A DNA stretch of 64,000 bases, from NCBI GenBank assembly GCA_903813345.2, contig CAIIXF020000001.1:28768001-28832000 (forward strand). Reading direction: 5' to 3'. The position numbers and the translations under genes are program-made. Of this stretch, positions 28,575 to 42,100 are shown in pieces. A model generated the notes under the pieces. That model saw only the letters and a list, made by a program, of their open reading frames with translations. It made no database searches and was not told where the DNA came from. Source of the stretch: Owenia fusiformis. Its lineage: Eukaryota. How positions within the stretch are numbered: the stretch's first letter is position 1; every line of letters starts with the position of its first letter.

Positions 28575-30075
28575 ATGGCAGAGGGCAGTATGGGCTGCTA
28601 CTTTGTACAGCCAAATGAGGGAACATGCTCAGAGAATTCTCAATTAACATTCAAGGTTGGTATGCCATTTGTCCATTAACATATTTTATACACAAAGTCT
28701 GTATGATGTCCTTTCAGACCTCACCAATTTATTCAATTTTCAATTTATTCATGAAAATTGCACGAGGATCATTACATCAGCTAAATGCAAAAATTGGGAT
28801 TTTGAATTCACAAGGACATCCTATTAAGTATGTACATGTGTCTCTCATAGGTCGGCATCGGCCAGGCACTGTTTAATTTTTATGTATTGTTTAATGTTAT
28901 ATTATGTAAACAGTATCTGTTATAGTGCGTGAGACATAAATAAATAAAAATACTACTACTGTACTGTATAGTTGTTAAATAACGCAGATGCGAGTAAGTA
29001 GTTACCAGTTTCGCCACCAGGTGGCTCGTTCGGGTCAGATAACATGGCGGGTATAGTAGAAAGTTCCCTTTAACTTAAATTACATCTGTATTAGTGGTTC
29101 AATTGTTATATAACCCTTATGTATCTAATTGTTATGCAAATCAAGTAAAAGAAAATGTTATCTGTCCAATACAAGAAAAGATATTTCACTTTTTGTGATT
29201 TTGTAACATGGGGTCTATGAGGAATCAACCCGAGCTAGAAGTCACATTTTCAAAAAAAATTAAATTTTCAAAGTTTATAAACAATTTTTGAAACCATTTT
29301 TCTAGACGTACTTTTACATGTAGATTTCAAATATGACATCACTTTGACTGAATTTTGAATATTTAATGACGTAAATCGAGATTATTTCTATTCGCATCTA
29401 GTCTATTGTTACTCATTTACAGATTTTTTGATATAATCTAAATTGCAGTATAAAATTTTGTTCAAACCTCTACCATATATTTTGGGGTTTTAAAAATTGA
29501 TTTTATTTTACAGGTTGCAGAAGAAAAAATGTTGGAACCCAAATGGATAAATGAAAAGGACTGTTTCGACTTCAAGACCAAACTTAAAAACACATTTTTT
29601 GTAATTGACCCATTTGGGGGAGAAGCATATGAACATTTGAAGAATTTGGGATGCAGGTTTGTAAAAAATACTTTCACTTAAACTTTATTGAATAAGCTAA
29701 TATTGTTACCCAACTTATGTGAATTGACTTTTGAATACAGATTGAAAGCTGAAATATTTTTATTGCACATTTTATTATAGATTTATTTTTATTCTGTTGT
29801 CAGAATTCCATGTAAACCACTCACCTATTCATCTTGAAATTTGAACTTTTGCCAAGATCTGATATGCTTTTGGGCATGCTGGGTAAAATACTTAGAGACA
29901 TTTTGAATTTTTTGATATAAAGCTTTGATGTTTATCACTTTATCACTGACTGTGGCTTGTTTTATTTTTTTCAGAATCCTTGGACCACATGTAGTTTTAT
30001 GGGCCCTGAACAGTTTACAGGTAAAAACAATTCATTTTAGATGAGAGCTTCCAAATAAATTGACCAACATTTCCT

Positions 30076-30121
<46 letters not shown>

Positions 30122-33100
30122 CAGCAAAAGTTTTCAAAGATTTAATTAATAGCCTTGTATTTTATATCTAGTATGTAAGTTTTAAAAACTTCAGATATTA
30201 TGTAACCCTGAAAACATCAGGAATGACTAGATAGTTCTAGAGTATTGTAGCTTTATGTGATAAATACCATGACTTGATAGTTTATAATTTATCAATCAAC
30301 CCTCAATGTTTCAGAGTGTTCCAAAATCTTCACACCCTTTGTACTGCCTGTCAATGAAGGGAATGCAAGTCAGCGTCACAAATGTTTCTAAAAAGCAACG
30401 TGTAAGTATTTATATCAAAATTTTTAATATATACAATCAGTCTATACATTTTATATTTTTGCAATTTAAACTGTCCCTTGAAAGTCTGTGGAAGTAACAT
30501 AGCGTAGTTAGATTCCTAATTTGGTTGATGATGAACTAATTAAAGGTGTTGCATTTGCCAATAGATTTTGTTTATTTTTAGGGTGAACTTCTAGATCTAG
30601 TGTCTATGATGGGAGGTACACCATGTAAGGACCTCACAAGTGAAGTCACACATCTAGTGGCTGGAGAACCAGGCTCAAAGAAATATATTGTGAGTCTTCC
30701 ATTTTCTTCATGTCTCCCTAGCACCTACTAATATTGCATTTTTCCTGTTTAATCGTTTTGCATAGTGTGGATCTGTCAAAGTTAACTAAATGAATTTCAA
30801 ACATGACTGTATTCACGCCTTCTATAAACTGTAAACAAAGTCAACATTTCACCAGGTATATTCACGAACATTGCCCTTGGTAATACATTTAATGTGTGAC
30901 GTCATAATGGTGGAGCGTAGTAATGGCGGACCATAATGAATATTTGAAACATTTTGGTGAGTTTTCATGTTCGAATTGTAATATAGACCATAGAGCAGGT
31001 GTAATATCGTCGAATACACCCCTTAGAGCTAGACACAAAAGCTTTCGAACCCCTCACTCCCTTCAGTCATTCCGGGTACAGAAAACATTTGTGCCTAGCC
31101 CTGCGGGGTGTATTCGACATATTACCCTTGCTCTTGGTCTATATTTCTTGAATAATGTAAAAAAACTAGAAGGGGAGTTAGTTCATGTAGATCCACATAC
31201 AATCCAGAGAACCAGTTTAAGCTATTGTGCACTTAATTGTTTCAATGAATTGTTTAGAAATCTTCATTTTATTGCCTGTCAAAAATGATGTTACTGTTTA
31301 TTCTATTGTAAACATGAATTTTAAAAATGATTTTAGTTTCCTGATGTACATACATTTAGAATACTGCATGTAAAAATTAAGCTCAACATTGGCTAGGCTT
31401 CTTTATTAATGTTATACATGCATGTAGTTTGTAGAATATACTTTGAATAAAAGTATGTGAGATACTATTGCACCACATGTACCTATACACATGTATGTAT
31501 TAGTATGTTATATTTTACCTTCCAGGCTGCTGGGTCTTGGGGCAAGAAAATCATGTCTCCAGAATGGGTTACTGAAGTATGGAAACAATGCCAATCTGAG
31601 TGAGTTAATGGATTAAATATTAGTTTAAATTGTGAACCAGTAAAACCTCTGTAAGTGTAGCTTAAAAGTTTTCCTTTTATAAAGGTTAAGATTAACATTA
31701 AGTCAGTTGGTCACAGAGACTGTGAAAAGTGTTCCACTTGCAAATATATTCCACTTACAGAGGGGCTCCACTTGACTGGCTTCACTGTATTACCTTATTT
31801 ACAAGTGAATTATAATCTACAGTTATAGTAACTCTCACCACATATTGCACCAATCTTAACCATTGTCTATTTAGGCCTGTGGGAGCTGACAATGTTGCAT
31901 TTGAGAAATTTCGCTGTCCAATATTCAAGGATTTTGTGGTGACTGCTTCGGGAATTTCAGCTCAGGAAAGAAATGAAGTGAAACGCATTGTCGAGGTTGA
32001 AGGTATGTCAAATAGACAACATTTAAAAATGGAAGTAAACATGTAAAAATGGAAGTAAACATCAAGTAAACAACATTTAAAATGGTACAGGGTTGATTGT
32101 AACTCGAAAGAGTCAATGATTGATATTTCAGTGTCTTCTGGTATTGTAATTTTGAACAATGTACATGTTAACATTGTAATGTATTTTATTTTCAGGAGGA
32201 CGATACACGGGAGAAATGAAGATAAACGAATGTTCCCACCTCATTATTAACCACCCTAAAGGTAAAATAAGAGATTTAATAACTTCAAATGTATTTTTAA
32301 AAATTTATTGGTAAAAATTGCAGTGTTGATTAATAATCCAATTGAATCATTGCTGATTTTGACATTGATTGAACTGAATCAGCATTGATTGAACTGAATC
32401 AGCATTGATTTGAAGCTGATCGGTATTGCAAATGTTCTGTCATCTGTTGTGTTTCATTTTCAAATTATTTTTCTTTGTTTGTTCCAGGTCAAAAATATGA
32501 GTTTGCTCGAAAGTGGAAGATTCATATAGTGACTTTCCAGTGGTTATTGGATAGTTATGACAAGGGCTACTGCCAAGACGTTGCACTCTATGGGGTGAAG
32601 GATGATCCTAATTCCCACCCCCCTCCACAGGTCACCTCCACTCCAGCACACACTCAGCCAAGACGTGAGATAATAAAACTAGCTTTGTTAGAAAACAAAA
32701 GTGCACAAAATACCCCTTGTACAATAACATTTTTCATATTTTTAAAGCTATTATATCACGTCAGAAAGACAATTGCTTGAAAATAGTACAATATTATACT
32801 GGAATCTTTGCAAAATTTAGGGAGATGTTTATATATGAATAAGATCTATAATACTCTGAAAATGGCAATTTACTTTGAGGTTACATGCTTCATTTCAGGT
32901 CCAAGTGCAATCAATGACATGAGTACTATTGGTAATATGTCCACTACCAGTCATATAAATGAGACCAACATGACGTACATGAGTCGAGTTAGTGAGGAAC
33001 AAGACCCATATGATGCTATAGATCTTACTCAAGATAAGCCAGATATGTTCCTAGATGGATGCAAGGTAAGAAGAAAAACACAGCTGGTATCTGTTGTTGT

Positions 33101-36100
33101 AGGCACAGTGTTCAAATGTAGTTTACTGCTGGTGTTGGTAGTATACGTAAGGTTATGTACCTTTAACATATATATTCCTTAAAATTGTACTTTGCTAAGA
33201 TGATCAAAAGTATTGATGCAGTTTTTATAAAATATGTCATTTTTGTAAGCCTGTCTTTGCCATGCCTACATTAGAAAAATTCTAAAAATTACTGAACATT
33301 TATTTTTAATTTTTCAGATTTTCCTGAGTGGTTTCACAAGCCAGAAACTTGAAATATTACGTAAAATAGTGAATATTGGAGGAGGTACAAGACTGAACAA
33401 AATCACTGCTAACATATCTCATGTTGTCATGGGAGAAAAAATAGCATCTCATGTGGAGCAAATTGAGAAGGAAAATATAAGGTAAAATTTCCAAACTCAC
33501 TTAAAAATGTAAATTATTACAGTCAAGAATTTAATCTTTCAATTATTGATAAGAAAAAAAACAATGTGTACAATAATATGAAAATGTCTCTTTATTTGAT
33601 GATTTTCTACAGGCCCCATATAGTGCATGGTCACTGGCTACTTCAGTGTTTCAAACAAGGGAAACATGTTCCAGAAGCAGACTTTGAGTGCCTTCAACTA
33701 GCGCCTCAGGACCCCTTGTCTCCTAGTATAAAAAGGTAATACATTATTTCCATGGTCACTCCATGGAGACTCCCTTTTATTAGACTATACCATTGCTGTT
33801 AATCAGTTGTCTTTGCAATGTAAATATGGCGATGAATGCCATTTTTCTTAAATATGGCCTCCAGAGGCAGGTACATGCACATACTTATGATACATGTACA
33901 TTTTGAAATGCTTTAATATGAACCTCTCGTTTGGCTCCTATTGTCAATATTTTGTGATTGGTGGTTTCAGGCAAAGTCTGAACATCTCTACAGCAAGAAA
34001 TAAATCAGCAAATGAATCCTTGCGAGCACCAACAGAAGATGATGATGTCACAATGATGGAGAACCCTCCTGAAGTTGATGATGTCATGAGTCAGTACCTC
34101 CCACAGAACAACATACCAGGTGAGAGTAATTGATCAACACTTGTGAGGATACCATTTTGCCATCTTTTAGTATCTACATGTATATGATTTCCCATTTAGA
34201 TTTTCAATATATGTAAAGCTCTGAATTTATGACAATATTTCCTGCTCTAAGACTTTATTGGTAGGTCAGTATGTTTGAGAGTTACTGTGTACTTGAAGAG
34301 AGTAATATCTATTATTTCTGTAATACATTCATAAACTTAGGTTTCTTTCAGCTGCTTTTATAAACAGTATTTGGCTGAATAATTCAAAACATGTATAAAA
34401 ATCAATGCATTTCCCCTTGGTAATCTTTTAAGTCTGTATCATATAATATGTACTGCTGCTCAACTTCTTTTATCCATTCCTGCCAAAATAAGTTACATAA
34501 TGAACTCTATAATAAAACTGATCAATTTGTTTCTGCTATAGATTTGACAGATGATAGTGCACTTCTAAGAGCTGTCGAGGGAGTTGAAAATGACATGGCA
34601 CCTAAAGGGGACAGCAAGGAACCTATCAGCAATGCACCCGAGGAGACCACTAGACCTGATGACAGTGGAGATGAAACACCAGATGAGATAGAGGGTAAGA
34701 CATTGCTTTGGAAATACATACAGTAGAGCTTATGTGAGGTGTACAACATTTCTACTTAGATCTGGTGTACAATTTTCCAGCTATTTTTCAAGTCTTAATA
34801 GATTCAATCTGGATATGTCCAAGTCAACATTGTTCAAAAATCTTAAAAACAATTTGATTGATAATGAATGTTAAGATGCATTGATGTTTCCTTGAATCAA
34901 GTCTTATATTCTGCCCATTTAGGAATGCCTGCTGAAGTCCCCACCCAGCAAAGCATACTTGGTGGCAAGACATTTGTGATTCTGGGTTTTGAGACAGAAA
35001 TGGAAAGTCAACTGGTAGAGCTGGTCAATGAAAATGGAGGTGAGTGGCTCATATTTCAATGTCAGAATTAAATATCACAAAGATTTGATCTTCATAAATA
35101 TTTCACTGATTATAATACATAGTACCTGTCTGCTTAATGCATTCAAAATATTTCTCTTCAATGAACCCAAATTTGAATTAAGCTCCCATGTTTTTAGGGC
35201 CTTACTATGTGGGTGTTGAGGAGGTTGATTTCAAGTGGATTAAATGTAAATACTAGATATAGTACTTTTCTAGTTGCATTTGAATTCATCAGAGAATGTA
35301 CCCATATAATTTATATTCATTTACAGGGAAGGTGTTTGGGCCTACTAAGAAGGGAGTGCCTGACTATGGGGTGGTTCCCATCCTAGGGTGTGAGGTGACC
35401 CGTACAGTGGGGGAGGTTGTCACAAATGCTTGGCTGGTAAGAATTTTTTCTCATGGTGTTTATAACCACATATGTTTTTCAGCATCTGTAACATTTGTTA
35501 CACTTTTCCAGGTGGTTACATTTGTTGTGTTAATGCCTTGTTTATGTTTGCAATCTCAGTGTCAATGTTTCTATAAAAATGTAAATTCAGTTTCTGTTTA
35601 AAGATACATATATGTTGTTTAAACATCTGACATCCTCTTAGACAGCTATTACATAATCATGCTTTAATTCAAGATGCTTGCTAAATATGACTTCTAGAAA
35701 AGTGTTCAGTTTTTGCAGCACAAGAAATCTTATTTACAAAATGAAATAAATTACTATGTATTAGAAGAAATGGTATACTGTGTATTTCAAACTGTACTTT
35801 GTTTGTTCAGCAAATCTGTATAGAGGATGAGATGGTGCATGAAGCCAACAGCAACCCTGCATTTGTCCCAGTAGAGCTACAACTAGATGTACAGCCATTG
35901 GATGATTGTGTTGTCTCCATAAGGTAAACATACAGTTAATCCTGTATAGGTAAACATACAGTTATGTAAAGTCCTGTTTGGGTAAACATTGAAAGTGGCC
36001 ACATTTAGAGGATCTGCTGACATGTGGGTGAATATATTGGACCTCCAAAATAGTGAAATAAAGAAGTTTTCACAATATATTTCCATGTACAAGTATTTAC

Positions 36101-39100
36101 TTCAGAGAGTTGATAACTTGATGACATATACAAATTTCTCTGTACATGAACTTTCATTTATTGCTATGACTTCGTGAATCACAAGTACATGTACATGTAG
36201 AGGCTATCTAGCAAATAGCTCAGTTCCAGTTGATTCAAGCTGTTTGTCTTAAAGAGATGCATTCGTCCTACCATGCAGTTAGTAATCTGGTATTATTGTA
36301 ATTTCAGTGGTTACAAAGGCACAGAGAGAGATTGTCTGATGCACCTGGCAGAACTTCTTGGAGCGAAGTAAGACTTTCACACTTATACGAGTATATGCAA
36401 TAATCAGGATGTTGCTTCCTGATAATATGCTAGATCACAATTTCTGATTTTTTAATTGTATAATATTTATAGGATATCCTATGATTTTGAGGAATATCAT
36501 TTTTATCTACGAGGTGATATTGATATCTGCACGAGAGAGCGAAGCGAACGAGTGCATATATAAATATCACCGAGTAGATTAAAATGATATTCTGAAAAAA
36601 ATCATAGGATGTTCTTATTATCCTACACTTACAAGGAGTGTACTGAATGTATAATATCATTGTAAAATTAATTCCATGCCAAATAGAGTCAATTTGGCGG
36701 GAAATCAACAAGCGGAGTATATCGTCACAATATCCTCCGCATATTGGGTTTTCCGGAGTATATCGTCACGATATCCTCCGCCCGGAGTATATCGTTACGA
36801 TATCCTCCGGATATTCATTTTGCCAATAAATATCAAATTTATTTTTTCATGTTATTATACATTTAGTACACTAAGTGTAGGATAAATAGTATTACCTATG
36901 GAGATTGCAGAAGAAAGAAAATATGTCTGACAGTTGTCTCCCCAAGATTTATCTAAATCTCATTTTACAAATTCTGACCAAAAAGTTGACAAATTGTTCT
37001 AAAATTATTTTGAGCAAATAGATGGATAGGTTCATTCTAAACTGGGTGTAAGGTAGTCTTCCAAGTTCTCAATTGAGCGCAGTTGGTACTTAAGTACCTA
37101 CTTCAGTTGAGACACCATTACCACCAAGTTGAGAAATTGAAATTATGGAAAATTGGGATATTTTTTATTCAGTTTTGGATATTGCAGGGAAATGGGAATA
37201 CAATACAAATGATAGAATAACTGTGATATTTTAGGAGCCAGGAGTACTTTGTGAGGAGGGCTAGTAAAGGTTACCTTGCTACAACACACCTGCTGATCAA
37301 TGAACCAGGCGGCTCCAAGTATGAAGCTGCTAAGAAATGGGGCATTCCAATCGTCACCAACAAGTATGTAATCATTAATTATGTCACTACCACTTTTTTG
37401 TGGACATCAGTTTGTGTTCAGCAGTCGGTGTCTTAACAAATGGCAGATGGTGACATTTTGCATGTTAATGCCTTGTTGAATTAGTTGATGTATTTTTGAA
37501 GCATTTCACCTTCTGAATTTAAAAAAAACTCCGATAGTAATGTAATGAGTGTCCCAAGTTCAGGTACAAATCCAGGTACTCTTATCAATTGTGAATGCTC
37601 TAGCAAATACGATCAGAATTATGAAGAAAAAAATTGAAAAAGGTTTGACTGTATTTGAAGTTTTCTCAGTGCGTTCTTACCCTTGTTAAATGCTTTCTTT
37701 ACAGATGGATATTTGTAGCTGGAAAGACTGGTAAAAAACCACCAGAAGAGAAGTACCATATAGATGCAGAGACTGCTGATCAAAACACTAGTGTTATTGC
37801 AAATAATGTTGCAAACACTTCAACTGCACAAGCGCCTGAAACGCATGTGCAACAAAACAAACAGACCGTAGTATCACACACAGAAAGGACATCGATTACA
37901 ACTACACCTAAACCATCCACACCAAAACCAGACACACACAAGGCAGCCACACCACTAGTAACACCAAAACCTGCCATGCCTAAAGAAGCTACGCCTGTTT
38001 GGGTCTCAAATGCCGAAGCCTCAGATAATCATTTGAAAGATGCACTGAAGAACTCTATTAAACGGCAAATGGTGAAGGAGATTAACTTCAGGACTCCAAA
38101 ACTTGTAAACAGCAGAGTAAAAGTAAGAATATATTGATGTCTATGTAATCAATACAAGATAATGTTTTGATATACTAGTACAGAGATCGTTGAATGATCA
38201 TCCCACTGATTGAAGCTCAGTATAGGGATATAGAGAAACTAACAGTTTTACTATATTCTGCTCAAGAAAGAATTTTCAATATGGCCACCTCATGTAAAAG
38301 TGATGCCATTTTGTAAAAAATCTAATGTTTATACCCAAATATGAGTTGACGTTAAAGTTTAATAAAATTCGTAAAAGTAATTTATAGCATTGATGCATAT
38401 GCTTGGCATCTTACTATTCACACAGTGAATGATCATGCACTCATGTATATTATTATGTATTTTAAGATATTCAACATTTTTTCAGGCCCTGATGAATACA
38501 GAAGGTAGTGGTAAACCATCCTCTCTACTCACTCCCAACCATCTTGCTGGTGTTGAGTCACCTAGTGCTTTCCTAGATCCAAATAAATCATGGTATCCAG
38601 ATTTTGACTTCTCTGTAAGTGTCACTTTCAATTTTAATTTAATTTTATAACCACATTCCATGTATCACGCGGTCCTAACTTTGACCGTTAATTTGACCTA
38701 CCTACTTTTTGACCTACCGGATGTTTGAAAATCAACGATTACGAGTCTCATACTGCACCGTTTTTCTTCAAACTTGTTCCATTCAAAGCATAACAAAAAT
38801 CCCTTTCTGATGGTACATTATTCTCTTAAACAGAGTCCCTACTTCCAGCGGAATTTTGGTCCCCAGCTGTAAGAAGGCCTTCTAACAGCTGGGGACCAAA
38901 ACGCTGCTAGAACGAGGGACTCTTTACAATAAAGCAATGCACCGACAGAAAGGGATTTTTGTTATGCTTTTAATGGTGTAATAGGTTTGAAGAAAAACGG
39001 TGCAGTATGATACTCGCAATCCTTGATTTTGAAGCATCTGGTAGGTCAAAAATTCAAATTAACAGTCGAAGTTAGGACCGCGTGTATATATAGTAATTGT

Positions 39101-42100
39101 CCCTATCTAACAAAATGAAGATTTTTGGGCCTCAGACCTTGATATTCTCATTTCATTGGAATATTCATGAATGTTGGAAATCCCTTGGATATCTTAAGAA
39201 GTCAAATTCATTACATATACATTTACTGGAAGAATGTTCAAATAGTAACCAAACATTATTTCAATTCCAGCTGGAATGGTGTGTATTTTCACATTTGCCT
39301 TTATTGCATGATTTATTCGTATGATTTCAAGTCTAGCTCTCCATTCCTGTTTTGTAGGGTATAATAGACCAGATAGAATCACCAGAAGTCAACAGGAGAA
39401 AGTCTAGTTTGGTGAGTCACATTTTGTACCTGAATCATGAGTGTTGTTAAGAAATTTTAAGTTTCCTCTATCAGCTATGAGTTAAATTGCAATTGAAAGT
39501 GCTATATGAGGAAGGTAAGCTTTACATTTTTTGAGAACTTGTACATGAACTTTAGAATTATGGTTCTGTAGGGACTAGTTCCCCCCTCTGTAGTATTTAC
39601 ATGCCATATTGAATATAGAGGTACTTGGAAAATAGTTGTAATTTAGTCCCTGGAAAAACTAATTGAGAGAGGACAGTCATCCCTGGGGATTGTAATATTA
39701 AACATTCATGTACATGTTCTCTTAAAAATATGTAGCTTATTGACGTCTTGCGCTTATGTTTCATATTCCACATCTTACAGTCAGATGATGAGTTGAAGAC
39801 TTTACTCAAGGAAGCCATGGTGATTGCCCTCAAGAACTCTGAGTTGTCTGATGAGAGTAGTGCTGATGATGAATCTGCTGAACAGTCAGCTAAACAAGTA
39901 AGTACAATAGAGCCTTCAAACCTTGTGAATGTCCATTTTGGAGACCCAATGGTATATAAGTATATAAAGAATCACCAAATATTTATAGAGCACTTTCCTG
40001 ATAAATCTTACTAATATGAATAGAAATAAAGAATGGGTTGTAATAGTTTAATAATGATTCTCACTGCTATCCCTAGCCATCATACATATCTTGAGGTTTG
40101 AATGCTTGATCTATTTGACACTTGTACATGTATTTACAGGCTAAAGTCCAGTCTCCAGTAGCTCCCTTACATGGTGTAGTAATAGGAGTGAGTAAGAAAC
40201 TAACAGCCAGACAAGCTGATTTTAACAGTATTGCTAATGCCCTTGGGGCTGATTACAGGTGGACTTACGATACCTCCTGTACCCACTTCATATACCAGGT
40301 AAGTAGGATATAAGCCTTCTTTTACTTCATATTCAAACATGACCGTGCTCTATTCGAATTTCTCAACCAATCAGAATGCAGCATAGCCAATATAGAACGT
40401 TCTCTAATTCTCCATAGATGCACGACCATGCTCTATTCAATCTGCAATTTGCATTGTTTTGAGTGACGTCACATCTCAGCTGCACATCTGGGGCTCTGTC
40501 CGGGGATAGCTGTTCTTTTTTACTCCCTCCGTAGCTACTGTAACTATTTAACTATGGCTGACTTCAGTTTGCATACACCGTATAAAATCTAAAACGGGGA
40601 GTAAAATAGAACAGCCCAAACAAATTCTAAAAGTTTTTCCGGCCGACTTCAGAATCTTGACAGCATGCGTATTCTTCCTTCATGCCCGTTCCACAGACAC
40701 GGCTTTTACTAATTTTTATGTTTGAATCGGAATAAATAATGATAGGCCATTCAATATGGTGAAATTCAGCACTCGTTGGACAGAATGTTAGTACAAATGC
40801 ACTCACCTTCGGTTCGTGCTTTGTACAACATTCTGTCCAACTCGTGCTGAATTTCACCATATTGAATGGCCTATCATTATTTATTCCTTAATTATTCCAG
40901 TCCAAACATGAATGCTTACATATTGCTTGATGTGCAATTGCATCGTAATGTAACATCCATTATGAAGTAAAAATATAAACCTAACTATAACTATAAATTA
41001 GATAGAAAGTGAAAGTTGAAATTTTCAGACTTGTCCTTTTTTATCTGTTATAGTTTATATATTCCTGATATCTTTATCTGAAAATTGTTTTCTTTTAGAG
41101 CAATCGCTCCAATGACATGACTAAAGAGTTCCGGCTAGCAAAAGAACAGGCCAAGCATATTGTCTCTCCACACTGGCTCACTGTGGTAAGTTGTCCAGAA
41201 TGTTATTACTTTTTAACTTTGGTTGATCGCTACAGATCTATCATAATACTGTTAAATCAATGTTATTATAAAAATTTCAGTTAAGCTGATGTATTAAAAA
41301 AGATTTTTTTCAAAGATATTTAGCAATCTCATATTTCAGTGGTAAGCTCATAAGAAAAGGATTGCATTGATTTATGTTTATTTTGACTTGCAATTATGCT
41401 TATAACAACTATGGTTGTACGTTATATTTGTATGTTGGAAAGTGTTTTATTTTTGTACTATTGTATTTTGTAATCATGTATTTGCAGTGTCAAGAACAGA
41501 ATGCCAGAGTTGACGAATCCTTGTTTCCACACAACTACAATCCAAACATGACCTTGGTAAGTGAAATTCTACACAATACAATTCTAGAATTTTCCATATA
41601 TGGAAACTTCACATCATTATGGCATTAATCATGCAGCAGATTGTATAATCCCTTGCCAGTTAGTTTTAGTTTCACTTATTTAGTTTCTTTTTGCATATTT
41701 TGTCACATTACATCTTGTTACATGTGGATAAGCAGGTAGGTGGTGGTCCCTCTTGATTTTGATGTATCTTCGAGTTAATAAATGTGTGTGTAAATGTCTG
41801 TATGAATGGAATTTTACCTCTGGTTTGTTTGAGTATGAGCATCTGTTCCCTCTTGCCAGAGTGGCTGATGAAATAACCTTTTTTGGTGTTGTCAAGTTGG
41901 CTGAGTTGTCCTGAGCAATGAACATGTTGAAATAGGGGCTGTTCCTGTAACCATTAGTTGAATACTTGTGACTCGTGAGCTCCTTGCGTTTATTCATTTA
42001 AATAAAACGGAATCACTCAATCACTCTCAATTGTTCAATCTAACTGAATGAGCACAATAGTGACATATTTTTTCTATATTTGGGGTGACATGATATTGTC

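Noticed and set aside
30077-30121. (TTAG)n as an interstitial telomere
   Set aside because: Not TTAGG or TTAGGG; an ordinary tetranucleotide microsatellite.
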